64,000 nucleotides of DNA from the sequence record SRR20825006_492, one strand, 5' to 3'. Positions within the stretch are counted from its first letter, which is position 1. The number at the start of each line of letters is the position of its first letter. Below are positions 47,321 to 57,105 of the stretch, piece after piece. The notes under the pieces are model-generated. The model made no database searches. It saw only the letters and a program-made list of their open reading frames with translations, and was not told where the DNA came from. The position numbers and the translations under genes were made by a program.

Positions 47321-50300
47321 ATGAGAATATTACTCCCCCTACTTGCTTTCTTTATTTTCTCAATCCCATCGTTTGGATTTCAAGCCGAATCGCCAGACCC
47401 TGTTTTATATCTAGCTTTTGATGAAAGCATTACTGACTCAACCGGACTTAACACAAATATTCAGGTAATGGGAGGTGAGTTTGTAGAAGATCGAAATGGC
47501 AATCCCAACTCGGCCTATTATTTTAATGGAATTGATGATGTTATAACAATCATAAACCCTGCCTTAAAAATAAATGAAATAACAGATGAAAAGGGCATTA
47601 CTTTTATGGCCTGGATAAATATCGAAGGGTTTGAAACAAGTAGTAGGGCTATTATTTTAGAAAGATATGATATTTATAATGGAGATTATTGGAAAAGTGA
47701 GGGGTATCATTTTGGAGTGAACAATGTTGGGCAGCTTCATGCTCGGAGTGCTAATTCTGGCTATATAGATAAACTTTATGAACGAAATACATGGATACAC
47801 ATAGCTGTTACTATTCAGAATGGGATGGGAGCTTATTTTGTAGATGGAGTAAAGTATAGTACGGCAACTCACCTTAGATCAGCAACAAATTCGGATATAA
47901 GTATAGGTAATACCGCTTTCTCTAATCAGTCTTTCAAAGGGAAATTGGACGAAATTAAGCTTTACGATACTGTACTTTCTGATTCTCTTATTGCCAAGGC
48001 AGCGGGGTTAGAACCTATTGAAGAAGTAGATGAAGAAATATTACATTTATCATTTGATGGTGTAATTGTCGATTCTAGTAAATATCTGAGCTTTAAAGAT
48101 ACTACCCAAAATATCGATCGGTTTGTAACCGACAGGTTTGGAAACCCAAACAGCGCTTTTAATTTTAAAGGGTATGAGTATGATATAAGAATATCAAATG
48201 GAAATTTTTACAGTAATTTTAGTAAAAGAAAGAGTTATAGTATTTCGAGCTGGGTTTATATTGACTCATATAGAAATTCAGTTCTTCTACAAATACCATA
48301 TAGCGCAGATAGTGGGAAACCAGGCTTTACGGTAAATCTAGATGTAGATGGAAATATTAGCTTTACAACTGGTCGTGATGGCATCTTAAAATTAAATAGT
48401 CCATTTCCTCAGAATCGATGGGTACATTTGGCTTTTACGTTTGATGGAGAGGAAAGGTCGATTTACATTAACGGAAAAAAACAAAATAACATTTCTAATT
48501 TGTTAACCACATGGCCAATCAATATAAAAGGTGTCACTGGAGCGTTAATAATTGGTAATAACTCATATGATAATATTCCTTACGAAGGCATTTTAGATGA
48601 TTTGATAATTTATAATTACGCTCTCTCTGAAGAGGAGGTAATTCAATTGGTGGATTATTCAGAAGAAATTAAACCAGTTCCAGATACAAAATTATTGCTA
48701 TTTCCTTTTGATAGTTCTTATGAAGATGAGGGAGACCTAAATAATAAAACGGTTTCATCAGGGGGAGTTTTTATAAAAGACCGATTTGACCAAGATAATA
48801 ATTCGATATTATTTGATGAGAATGACTATTTAACTATTGAGGATTCAGATAATCGACTAGACTCGATAGGTAACAAACTTACTTTTGGAACTTGGATCAA
48901 ACCAAGAGATTTAGGAGAAGTGAGTGAGAGTATTTTATTCGAAAGATCTGATGGTACGAATGGAGACAGAATTAAATCCTGGATCTACAGTGATTATGCT
49001 CCAGAAAATGCCTTTTACTTTTCCATTAATAGTGAATCTGTATATTTTAGATCATTAGATATTATAGAGAATAACTGGGTATTTTTGACCGCAACCTATG
49101 ATGGTCAGCAAGTGAAGCTTTTTCTTAATGGGGAGCTTAAAGCTATTAAAAAATTGGAGACGGAATCTTTTGTAACCGAGTCTGATTTATATATAGCTGG
49201 TAAACCAGGATATGGAAAATACGAAAAAGGCTATGATGGTGCTTTGGATGACCTTTTTCTCTACAACTATGTTTTGTCTGATTCTGCGATAGCTCAAATT
49301 TATGATTTAAATAAAGAAGGTAGAAAATACCCTCCCAAGTTATTAGTCAATCTGGATTTAAAAGATTCTCTTGTTATCTCTAATCATGGTTCTGAAATAG
49401 AATTATCAGAGATAGAAGCGGATAAAGGTAGGTTTGAAGAGTCTGGTGGAGCTTTGAAGTTTGGAGATGAATCAGATTATATAAGAATTGTCAATACTGG
49501 TGAAAATTTAGACTCTTTGTACTCGGGTATTACTCTTAATGCGTGGGTAAAATTAGCTGACTATTCAGAAGAGCCAATGTCGATAATTGATAGAAATAGT
49601 TCTGGAGACAAAGGTTTTTATCTAGGAATAGTTAATAAAGAATTCATTTTTAAAATAAATAATGCCTCTATCCCTTCTCGGTTTTATCCTAGTAGAGGCA
49701 AATGGTATTTGCTTACAGGCACTTTAGAAAATACAGAAATGAGACTCTTTATAGATGGGGAATTAACTTATAAAGGAGAATACTCTGGGAAAATGGAAGT
49801 AAGTGATACAGATATTTTCATTGGTAATAACCAAGATCTTAGTAATCCATTTATTGGATTAATTGATGAAATACAGATTTATAATTATGCATTAAGTGAC
49901 TCTTCAATACGTGAATTATATAGTGATAGATTTCATGGGTACAATTCGGTTGATTCTAAAATATTGGATATTGGTTTCGATAATTCGATAGAAGACATGA
50001 GTGGGGCTGGTCAAACCTTGCAGGTTAATGGAGGTACTTTTATATCAGATAGATTAAGCCAAACTGAGTCAGCGTATTATTTTGATGGAGATGATATTAC
50101 AGTCGTAGACACAGACAATGGTTTTGATTCTCTAAGTAATAGTTTAACAATTAGTTCTTGGGTTATTATGGGTACTAGGGACGGTGTGTATCCAAAATCA
50201 AATCTTATAAGTAGAATAGATACTGAATTTGATAAATATTCAATATCTATTCAGGAAAGTCCACAACCAAGTTATCAGTATCCTGATTCAAAAGAGCTAT

Positions 50301-50890
50301 TCTTTCAAATTGATGATGTATCAATTTCTCATAAAGATTTTACAATCAAGCCCGGGTACTGGTTTCATTTTGCAGCTACATATTCCGATAATTTAATGAA
50401 ATTGTATTTAAACGGAGTCAAAGTTAGTGAAAAATTCTATGATGGATTAATCACAGTCTCTGAATCAGATTTACTCATTGGTAATAGTCAAGACGGTTCA
50501 GAACCTTTTAAAGGAGTATTAGATGAAATTCAGATATATAACTATGCCCTTTCTGATAGTGCAATTGCTGATATGATTGATATTGAGGTCCTTCCAGTAG
50601 CTCTTGAAGTGGAAAATGAAGTCCCTTCATCAGTAATACTCAATCAAAACTATCCTAACCCATTTAATCCCACGACTAGCATCTCGTTCTATTTACCAAA
50701 AACTGATTTGGCGAATTTAAAAGTTTACGACTTATTGGGTAGAGAAGTGGCAGTATTGATAAATCAAACTTTACCTTCAGGTGAGCATACTTACCACCTT
50801 AACGCGAGTGGCTTCTCAACAGGAGTATATTTCTACCGGCTTAGTACCGGGAACGCTGTTATAACTAAAAAAATGCTACTTATTAAATAA
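47321..50890 (+). CDS. Secreted protein with five LamG-like jelly-roll domains and a T9SS-type C-terminal sorting domain
   Basis: Five repeats ending F/YxGxLDExxxYxxxLSD; C-terminal LNQNYPNPFNPTT...GVYFYRL...KKMLLIK. Signal peptide from MRILL at 47321 (ORF track 47261). Confidence 0.88.
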   Translation: MRILLPLLAFFIFSIPSFGFQAESPDPVLYLAFDESITDSTGLNTNIQVMGGEFVEDRNGNPNSAYYFNGIDDVITIINPALKINEITDEKGITFMAWINIEGFETSSRAIILERYDIYNGDYWKSEGYHFGVNNVGQLHARSANSGYIDKLYERNTWIHIAVTIQNGMGAYFVDGVKYSTATHLRSATNSDISIGNTAFSNQSFKGKLDEIKLYDTVLSDSLIAKAAGLEPIEEVDEEILHLSFDGVIVDSSKYLSFKDTTQNIDRFVTDRFGNPNSAFNFKGYEYDIRISNGNFYSNFSKRKSYSISSWVYIDSYRNSVLLQIPYSADSGKPGFTVNLDVDGNISFTTGRDGILKLNSPFPQNRWVHLAFTFDGEERSIYINGKKQNNISNLLTTWPINIKGVTGALIIGNNSYDNIPYEGILDDLIIYNYALSEEEVIQLVDYSEEIKPVPDTKLLLFPFDSSYEDEGDLNNKTVSSGGVFIKDRFDQDNNSILFDENDYLTIEDSDNRLDSIGNKLTFGTWIKPRDLGEVSESILFERSDGTNGDRIKSWIYSDYAPENAFYFSINSESVYFRSLDIIENNWVFLTATYDGQQVKLFLNGELKAIKKLETESFVTESDLYIAGKPGYGKYEKGYDGALDDLFLYNYVLSDSAIAQIYDLNKEGRKYPPKLLVNLDLKDSLVISNHGSEIELSEIEADKGRFEESGGALKFGDESDYIRIVNTGENLDSLYSGITLNAWVKLADYSEEPMSIIDRNSSGDKGFYLGIVNKEFIFKINNASIPSRFYPSRGKWYLLTGTLENTEMRLFIDGELTYKGEYSGKMEVSDTDIFIGNNQDLSNPFIGLIDEIQIYNYALSDSSIRELYSDRFHGYNSVDSKILDIGFDNSIEDMSGAGQTLQVNGGTFISDRLSQTESAYYFDGDDITVVDTDNGFDSLSNSLTISSWVIMGTRDGVYPKSNLISRIDTEFDKYSISIQESPQPSYQYPDSKELFFQIDDVSISHKDFTIKPGYWFHFAATYSDNLMKLYLNGVKVSEKFYDGLITVSESDLLIGNSQDGSEPFKGVLDEIQIYNYALSDSAIADMIDIEVLPVALEVENEVPSSVILNQNYPNPFNPTTSISFYLPKTDLANLKVYDLLGREVAVLINQTLPSGEHTYHLNASGFSTGVYFYRLSTGNAVITKKMLLIK

Positions 50891-50920
50891 TAAATCATTT
50901 CAAAAAACATTCATCTCATT

Positions 50921-50953
50921 AAAAAAGAAGCCTCTTATCGGGAGGCTTCTTTT
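50921..50953. terminator. Bidirectional terminator between the LamG gene and the dcw operon
   Basis: AAAAAAGAAGCCTCT-TATC-GGGAGGCTTCTTTT. Confidence 0.85.
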
Positions 50954-51094
50954 GTTGTTAGCAATCTATAGCCTATCTGTATAAAACAGACAATGAGCTA
51001 TAATCCAGTAAATTCAATGTTCATAATCTGGCAATTGGAGATTCCTATTCCAAGGCGTCTTACAACTACCAGGTATCCATCATAATTAAAAAGT

Positions 51095-52438
51095 TTAATC
51101 CATGATTTTGCGTAAGAACGCTGGTTGATCAGAATCATCTTTTTTAATGCGTTCTGTACGGCTTTGGAAAGGAGCGATGTTGTCTTTTGGTGCTTGTCTT
51201 TCTTCAGCTTTGTATTCCTCTTCGCGATAATCATTTGACTCATTGCGGTCAATAGCGTCATCATTTTTTGCAGATAAATCACGTCTTAAGTAAGAAGGAG
51301 TGTCTAATCTTTTTAGATTTCCTTCCCCTTTGTAATAATCATTTGATGTGCGATTAAAACGAGATGGAACTTCATCTACTTTAGCTGTCTGAGTGCGAGC
51401 GATATTTTCAGCAGCAGCTCTAAGAGGAGCGTTTGGTGCTACTTTTACTGTAGTACGATCTTCAGTAAGTTCAAACCCAGTAGCAATTACTGTTACACGG
51501 ATTTCGTCACCAAAGGACTCATCAAGAACTGTTCCTAGAATAATCTCTGCGTTGTCGCCAGCTTCTTGCTGTACAATACTTGTAGCAGTGGTTGTTTCGC
51601 GCATTCCTAAACCGGAACCTGCTGAGATGTTAACCAATACACTTCTTGCACCGCGAATACTTACGCCGTCGAGTAGTGGAGAGTTTATAGCAGCACGAGC
51701 AGCGATTTCTGCACGGTCAGGACCTTCAGCTGTAGCTGAGCCCATAATTGCAGCACCACCGTCTGTCATCGTTGTTCTTACATCTGCAAAATCGAGGTTT
51801 ATTAAGCCTGGCATTAGGATGAGGTCGCTGATACCACGTGTGGCATTATAAAGCACCTCGTTTGCTAGTGCAAAAGCTTCAACTAAAGAAGTATTTTCGT
51901 CGGCAATGTCGAGCAAACGTTCGTTTGGAATAACAATTACCGTATCGCAGTTTTTTTTAAGCTCTGTAATTCCTTCTAGTGCATAACGCTTACGGATTTT
52001 ACCCTCACACTCAAATGGTGTTGTGATGATACCAACGGTTAAAATGCCTTTACGTTTTGCCATGCCAGCAACAACGGGTGCACCGCCAGTTCCTGTTCCA
52101 CCGCCCATTCCTGCAGTCACAAAAATCATATCTGCAGTTTCGAGTGATTCCTCGATCTCATGTCGGTTTTCTTCAATAGCTTCTCGGCCAACTTCTGGTC
52201 GAGCTCCGGCGCCTAATCCATTGGTTAGTGTAGTACCAACCTGAATTTTGATATTAGCCTTGCTATTTTTTAGTGCTTGGGCGTCTGTGTTCAGTGCGAT
52301 ATACTCTACACTGTCGAGACCCATATTTATCATATTATTGATAGCGTTTCCGCCACCGCCGCCTACGCCGATTACTTTTATCTTAGCGTTTTCTTGGCTC
52401 TGTTCGTCAAAAAAGAAACGAGTATTATGGTTAGCCAT
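51095..52438 (-). CDS. ftsZ: Cell division protein FtsZ
   Basis: GVGGGGGNA, GGGTGTG, NLDFADV; C-terminal QPAFLRK. Confidence 0.98.
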   Translation of the reverse strand: MANHNTRFFFDEQSQENAKIKVIGVGGGGGNAINNMINMGLDSVEYIALNTDAQALKNSKANIKIQVGTTLTNGLGAGARPEVGREAIEENRHEIEESLETADMIFVTAGMGGGTGTGGAPVVAGMAKRKGILTVGIITTPFECEGKIRKRYALEGITELKKNCDTVIVIPNERLLDIADENTSLVEAFALANEVLYNATRGISDLILMPGLINLDFADVRTTMTDGGAAIMGSATAEGPDRAEIAARAAINSPLLDGVSIRGARSVLVNISAGSGLGMRETTTATSIVQQEAGDNAEIILGTVLDESFGDEIRVTVIATGFELTEDRTTVKVAPNAPLRAAAENIARTQTAKVDEVPSRFNRTSNDYYKGEGNLKRLDTPSYLRRDLSAKNDDAIDRNESNDYREEEYKAEERQAPKDNIAPFQSRTERIKKDDSDQPAFLRKIMD

Positions 52439-52498
52439 GATAACTCCTGTTTATATTATTTTACTGGATTATTATTTGTTGTATTTGATTGCTGATTG

Positions 52499-53758
52499 CT
52501 AAAGTTCTTTGAACCAACTCTTCATGCGGTCGGCAATTTTGCCCATCACCTGTTCCATATTGTTTCCGCCTTTTTGAGAAGTTGATACAATATTTTTTTT
52601 GCTGTCTGCGCCTGTTTTTAAAGCATGCACAACTAAGCCTACACCCGTGGCATAAACAGGGCTATTTACTTCCTCAACTAATCCACCGGTAAGACCAAGT
52701 GGAATTCCCACTTTTGCATCCATACCTAGGATTTCGTTAGCCAATGGACATATATTTTTAATAAGAGCGCCTCCACCAGTTAGTACCACACCAGCACTTA
52801 GTGAATCAGAATAACCACTGCGCTTAATTTCGATGCCAACTATCTCGAGGATTTCTTCCATTCTAGCTTGAATAATTTTAGCTAGAATGCTCTTTGTAAT
52901 TTCTTTGGGTGGACGACCAGCAATTCCAGGAACGGTAATTACTTCGTCTTCTTGAATCATATCTGCAAAGCTTTCGCCATGTTTTCTTTTGAGTGATTCT
53001 GCTTGGTCGTCAAGTACGCTTAATCCTAAACGGATATCATCGGTTACTTTTTGCCCTGCAATTGCAATTACTGCAGTATGGCGAATCGTATTATCTTGAA
53101 AAATAGCTACATCAGTAGTGCCTCCACCAATATCAACGAGAACAACGCCAGCTTCTTTTTCTTCTTCGTCTAGAACAGAATATGAAGATGCTAGTGGCTC
53201 AAGAATGATATCTGCTACTTGGTAACCTGCTCGTTCAACACATCTATAAATATTTTTTGCCGCCGAAACTAAACCAGTGATAATGTGAACCTCAGCTTCC
53301 ATACGCATTCCGCTCATCCCAACAGGGTCACTGATGCCGTCTTGGCCATCAACCACAAATTCCTGAGGAATTACGTGTAGAATTTGTTGATCGGTAGGCA
53401 GCATGATGCGTTGACAATCTTCCAACAGACGTTCTACATCATGTGCTGTAATTTCGTTATCGCGGTTATTAATAGTAATTACGCCTTTGCTACGCATGCT
53501 ACGAATGTGGTCGCCAGCAATACCAACATTAACAGAATTAACCTGAATACCTGATGCAAGTTCAGCCTGAGCTATAGCATCTTTTATGGCATTTACCGTT
53601 TTATCGATGTTTACAACAACACCACGATTAAGACCTTCACTAGGAGATTTACCAACTCCTAGAATGTTAATTCGATTATGTTCAATTGAAGCTACGATTG
53701 CACAAATCTTAGTAGTTCCGATGTCCAGCCCTACCATTATGTTTTCTTGTTCTGACAT
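52499..53758 (-). CDS. ftsA: Cell division protein FtsA
   Basis: GLDIGTTKI, VDIGGGTTD, LTGGG; C-terminal amphipathic KSWFKEL. Confidence 0.97.
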   Translation of the reverse strand: MSEQENIMVGLDIGTTKICAIVASIEHNRINILGVGKSPSEGLNRGVVVNIDKTVNAIKDAIAQAELASGIQVNSVNVGIAGDHIRSMRSKGVITINNRDNEITAHDVERLLEDCQRIMLPTDQQILHVIPQEFVVDGQDGISDPVGMSGMRMEAEVHIITGLVSAAKNIYRCVERAGYQVADIILEPLASSYSVLDEEEKEAGVVLVDIGGGTTDVAIFQDNTIRHTAVIAIAGQKVTDDIRLGLSVLDDQAESLKRKHGESFADMIQEDEVITVPGIAGRPPKEITKSILAKIIQARMEEILEIVGIEIKRSGYSDSLSAGVVLTGGGALIKNICPLANEILGMDAKVGIPLGLTGGLVEEVNSPVYATGVGLVVHALKTGADSKKNIVSTSQKGGNNMEQVMGKIADRMKSWFKEL

Positions 53759-53823
53759 GTCAGTACCGGTGTATATTATTGATTGCTAAATTGGTTCTAG
53801 TATCAGGTGTTAAATATGTTTTG

Positions 53824-54576
53824 CTAACTTTCACGGGTAACCACCTGGTTTAAAAATCTTAAATCTACTTGTTGAATTTTGTTGATCCCTTTAACTCGAA
53901 TCACTTCCGTATAAAAGGCTTTCCAATTCTCAAATTTTGTATCGAAATCGTTTTCTCCAAAAAGAAGTTTTACTCCATTTTCTTGGCTCAAAGCTACTAC
54001 GCCTTCTTCTTGGCTATAAGCTACTTCACTAATAGTAGCCCAACCAAATTTGTTGGTTCTGGCCGAAACCAATAGGTCTCTAATTTGTCTAAAAGCAGCG
54101 CTTTTCAAGGTGTCTTTTGAGAAAGAAGTACTAAATCCATAAACCAATGGTAGATTTTGTGTTTTACCTTTTAAAATTGGAAGGCGAACACCTTCTGCAT
54201 CTACATAAACTCGGTTTGCATCTTGTATTAATAGAGCTAATGGTTTTCTTTCTGTGATAGTGATGTTTAAATCACCATTTGGTTCGATATAGGGAGTCGC
54301 TTTTTTCACATAATGAAGTGCTTCTAAACGAAGAACAATTGTTTCTAAATCGATACTATCTGGGTTTACTCCAAAAGGAACGGCTGCAGTTTTAGTAAGC
54401 TGTTCTGTGTCAGTGAAGTAATTCCCAGCAAATTTGACGCTATCAACTTTCACATTTCTATTCCAATAGATTGCCGCAACCATAGCAAGCCCAACAATCA
54501 TTAAAATGGCTGTGATAATAGGAAGTTGACTTCGTCTCTTCGACTCAGTTTCAATATGTGGAGTGGCTTCACTCAC
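53824..54576 (-). CDS. ftsQ: Cell division protein FtsQ/DivIB
   Basis: Single TM, POTRA-like region, ITERKP, VDLRF; position between murC and ftsA. Confidence 0.88.
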   Translation of the reverse strand: MSEATPHIETESKRRSQLPIITAILMIVGLAMVAAIYWNRNVKVDSVKFAGNYFTDTEQLTKTAAVPFGVNPDSIDLETIVLRLEALHYVKKATPYIEPNGDLNITITERKPLALLIQDANRVYVDAEGVRLPILKGKTQNLPLVYGFSTSFSKDTLKSAAFRQIRDLLVSARTNKFGWATISEVAYSQEEGVVALSQENGVKLLFGENDFDTKFENWKAFYTEVIRVKGINKIQQVDLRFLNQVVTRES

Positions 54577-56005
54577 TATCGATAGTAGGTTTAAAGGTTC
54601 CAGATTTCAAATCGTTTGCAAAAGCTTCGCCGAATTTATAAATGTCTCCAGCGCCCATCGTTATAACAATATCTCCAGCTCGGGTAATAGCCTTCAACTT
54701 CTCAGTTACTTCCTCTTTGTTCTCTACATAAATAACTTTTTTATGGCCGTACTGCTCTGCAGTGTCAGCTATAAGCTTGCCAGTTACACCTTCAATTGGT
54801 TTCTCACGAGAAGGATAGACATCCGTAATTAGCAGAACCTCAGCATCAAAGAAAGAAAGACCGAATTCTTTGTATAAATCTTGAGTTCTTGAATACAAAT
54901 GAGGTTGAAATACAGCTACTAATCTGCGATCTGGCCAGCCTTTGTGGGCAGCACTTAGAGTAGCTTGTACTTCGGTTGGATGATGTGCGTAATCATCAAT
55001 CACCATAATACCTTGTTCTTCAGCTTTGCGCTGAAAACGGCGGAAAACTCCAGAAAAGCGTTCAAGACCAGCCTTTATTAACTTGAAGTCGATGCTTAAT
55101 TCAATTCCTGTAGCTACAGCTGCGAGAGCATTGTTTACGTTATGATCACCTGGTGAGTTTAACGTAATCACACCTAGCTTTTTACCGTCGTTTGTTACGG
55201 TGAATGTGCTAGTAAATTGGTTCATTTGGATATCAACTGCACGAATTTGTGCTTGAGGTGTTAGCCCATAGGTGATAATTCTTTTCTCTAGCTGAGGTAA
55301 AATGCTTCTTACATTTGAATCATCTAAACAGACAATTACCGCACCATAGAAAGGTACCTTGTTAGCATAATCTATAAACGCATTTTTAACGTCTTCTAAG
55401 TCGTCATAAATATCTAAATGATCTGCTTCTATATTTGTGATAATAGCAATAGAAGGAGTGAGTCGTAGGAAAGTACGGTCAAACTCATCGGCTTCAACAA
55501 TAATCAAATCTCCTTTTCCAACAACAGCATTTGTCTTGTCAAAGCTATGAACTTTCCCGCCTACAATAATTGTCGGGTCATAGTGTCCATCTTGAGCAAC
55601 ATGCCCAACCATAGTGGTAGTTGTTGTTTTGCCATGTGTACCTGCAACACCAATACCGAATTTCATTTTCATGAGTTCGGCTAGCATTTCAGCTCTTTTA
55701 ATAGTTGGAATGCGTTTTTCGAGAGCCGCTTTTGTCTCTGGATTTTCAGAAGCTTTTACGGCACTGGTATAAACTACAACGTCTGCGCCCTCGATATTTT
55801 CTTCAGAGTGACCTAGATAAACGGTAGCGCCAAGCTTTTCTAAACGTTCTGTAGTTTCGCTACGTGCCCCGTCAGACCCAGATATTTTATATCCACGTTG
55901 GATTAGGATCTCGGCCATGCCGCTCATTCCAATTCCTCCAATTCCCACCATATGAATGTGGCGAGTTCGTCCAAAAACGGGTTGTGTTTCTATTCTATGC
56001 TCCAT
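54569..56005 (-). CDS. murC: UDP-N-acetylmuramate--L-alanine ligase
   Basis: GIGGIGMSG, GTHGKTTT, EADEFD, DDYAHHPTE, FQPH. Confidence 0.97.
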   Translation of the reverse strand: MEHRIETQPVFGRTRHIHMVGIGGIGMSGMAEILIQRGYKISGSDGARSETTERLEKLGATVYLGHSEENIEGADVVVYTSAVKASENPETKAALEKRIPTIKRAEMLAELMKMKFGIGVAGTHGKTTTTTMVGHVAQDGHYDPTIIVGGKVHSFDKTNAVVGKGDLIIVEADEFDRTFLRLTPSIAIITNIEADHLDIYDDLEDVKNAFIDYANKVPFYGAVIVCLDDSNVRSILPQLEKRIITYGLTPQAQIRAVDIQMNQFTSTFTVTNDGKKLGVITLNSPGDHNVNNALAAVATGIELSIDFKLIKAGLERFSGVFRRFQRKAEEQGIMVIDDYAHHPTEVQATLSAAHKGWPDRRLVAVFQPHLYSRTQDLYKEFGLSFFDAEVLLITDVYPSREKPIEGVTGKLIADTAEQYGHKKVIYVENKEEVTEKLKAITRAGDIVITMGAGDIYKFGEAFANDLKSGTFKPTIDSE

Positions 56006-57105
56006 CAGTTCAAACGGGATTTAGCGAGTTCTAAAATTTCGTTAGCAATTTGTTTAGCGGCATCTGGCTTAGCATGCTTTAATGCTGCTATGTTCATTGC
56101 AGTTAGTTTTCTTTGGTCGTGTAAAAGGGTGTGTACAATATTAGATAAAGAGCGTGTTGCATGTGCATCAACTAGCAATACTGAAGCTCCAGCTTCAACC
56201 ATAGCTTTGGCGTTTTGTGTTTGATGGTCTCCAGCCACATTAGGAGAAGGAATTAACACGCTTGGCTTTCCTGTAAGCATCAATTCGGAACAAGAACTAG
56301 CGCCAGCACGACTAACTATCAAATCTGAAGCAGCATACGCTTCAGGCATATTTTCTATGTAAGGAAGTAACCGTACATTCGGATATGCGTTTAAATCTAT
56401 CTCGGAAGAAAGAGTTTCGAAATATTGGCTACCACATTGCCAAATAACTTGTACGCTTGCAAGAGCGTTTAAATTCGCTTTTACTGCGTTGTTTATAGAT
56501 CTCGCACCAAGACTACCACCAAGTACAAATAGCACAGGTTTAGTGCTATCGAAATCAAAAACTTTTAAACCCACTTCTTTTTCAACAGCGGTTAGTGAAT
56601 TACGAGTAGGATTTCCTGTTTCAATAATTTCACTATTTGGGAAGAATGTTGATGCGGCTTTAAAAGCGATAAATATTTTTGAGGCGTATTTTGCAAGCAT
56701 TCTATTTGTAACGCCAGGGAAACTATTCTGCTCTTGAATTACAAGGCTGATATTCTTTTTAGCGGCAACCCAACCTATCGGACCAGCAACATAGCCACCA
56801 CAAGAAACTACAACTTGTGGTTTAAAAGAACTTAAAATGCTGAAACTCTGGAAAATGCTTGTTATTAACTTAATGGGGAACAAGAGGTTTTTAAGCGTGA
56901 ATCTTCTTTGGAAACCACTTATCCAGACGTTTACAATCTCAAAACCAGCTTTTGGTACAGCGTTCCATTCCATATGATTCTTAGTTCCTACAAAAAGAAT
57001 CTCAGTGTCTGGATTTTGTTCTTTTAAAGCTGAAGCGATAGCAATAGCAGGATAAACATGCCCACCCGTTCCGCCAGCTGCAATTAATACTCTTGGATTA
57101 TGCAT
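56005..57105 (-). CDS. murG: Lipid II GlcNAc transferase MurG
   Basis: GGTGGHVYP, EQNSFPG, GNP, GGSLGA, SRAGA, HQTQNA. Start 57105 (ORF track 57159). Confidence 0.96.
   Translation of the reverse strand: MHNPRVLIAAGGTGGHVYPAIAIASALKEQNPDTEILFVGTKNHMEWNAVPKAGFEIVNVWISGFQRRFTLKNLLFPIKLITSIFQSFSILSSFKPQVVVSCGGYVAGPIGWVAAKKNISLVIQEQNSFPGVTNRMLAKYASKIFIAFKAASTFFPNSEIIETGNPTRNSLTAVEKEVGLKVFDFDSTKPVLFVLGGSLGARSINNAVKANLNALASVQVIWQCGSQYFETLSSEIDLNAYPNVRLLPYIENMPEAYAASDLIVSRAGASSCSELMLTGKPSVLIPSPNVAGDHQTQNAKAMVEAGASVLLVDAHATRSLSNIVHTLLHDQRKLTAMNIAALKHAKPDAAKQIANEILELAKSRLN

Noticed and set aside
50998-51282. 94-aa ORF overlapping the ftsZ 3' end in another frame
   Set aside because: Mostly inside ftsZ, no motif; the non-overlapping part is better explained as UTR.
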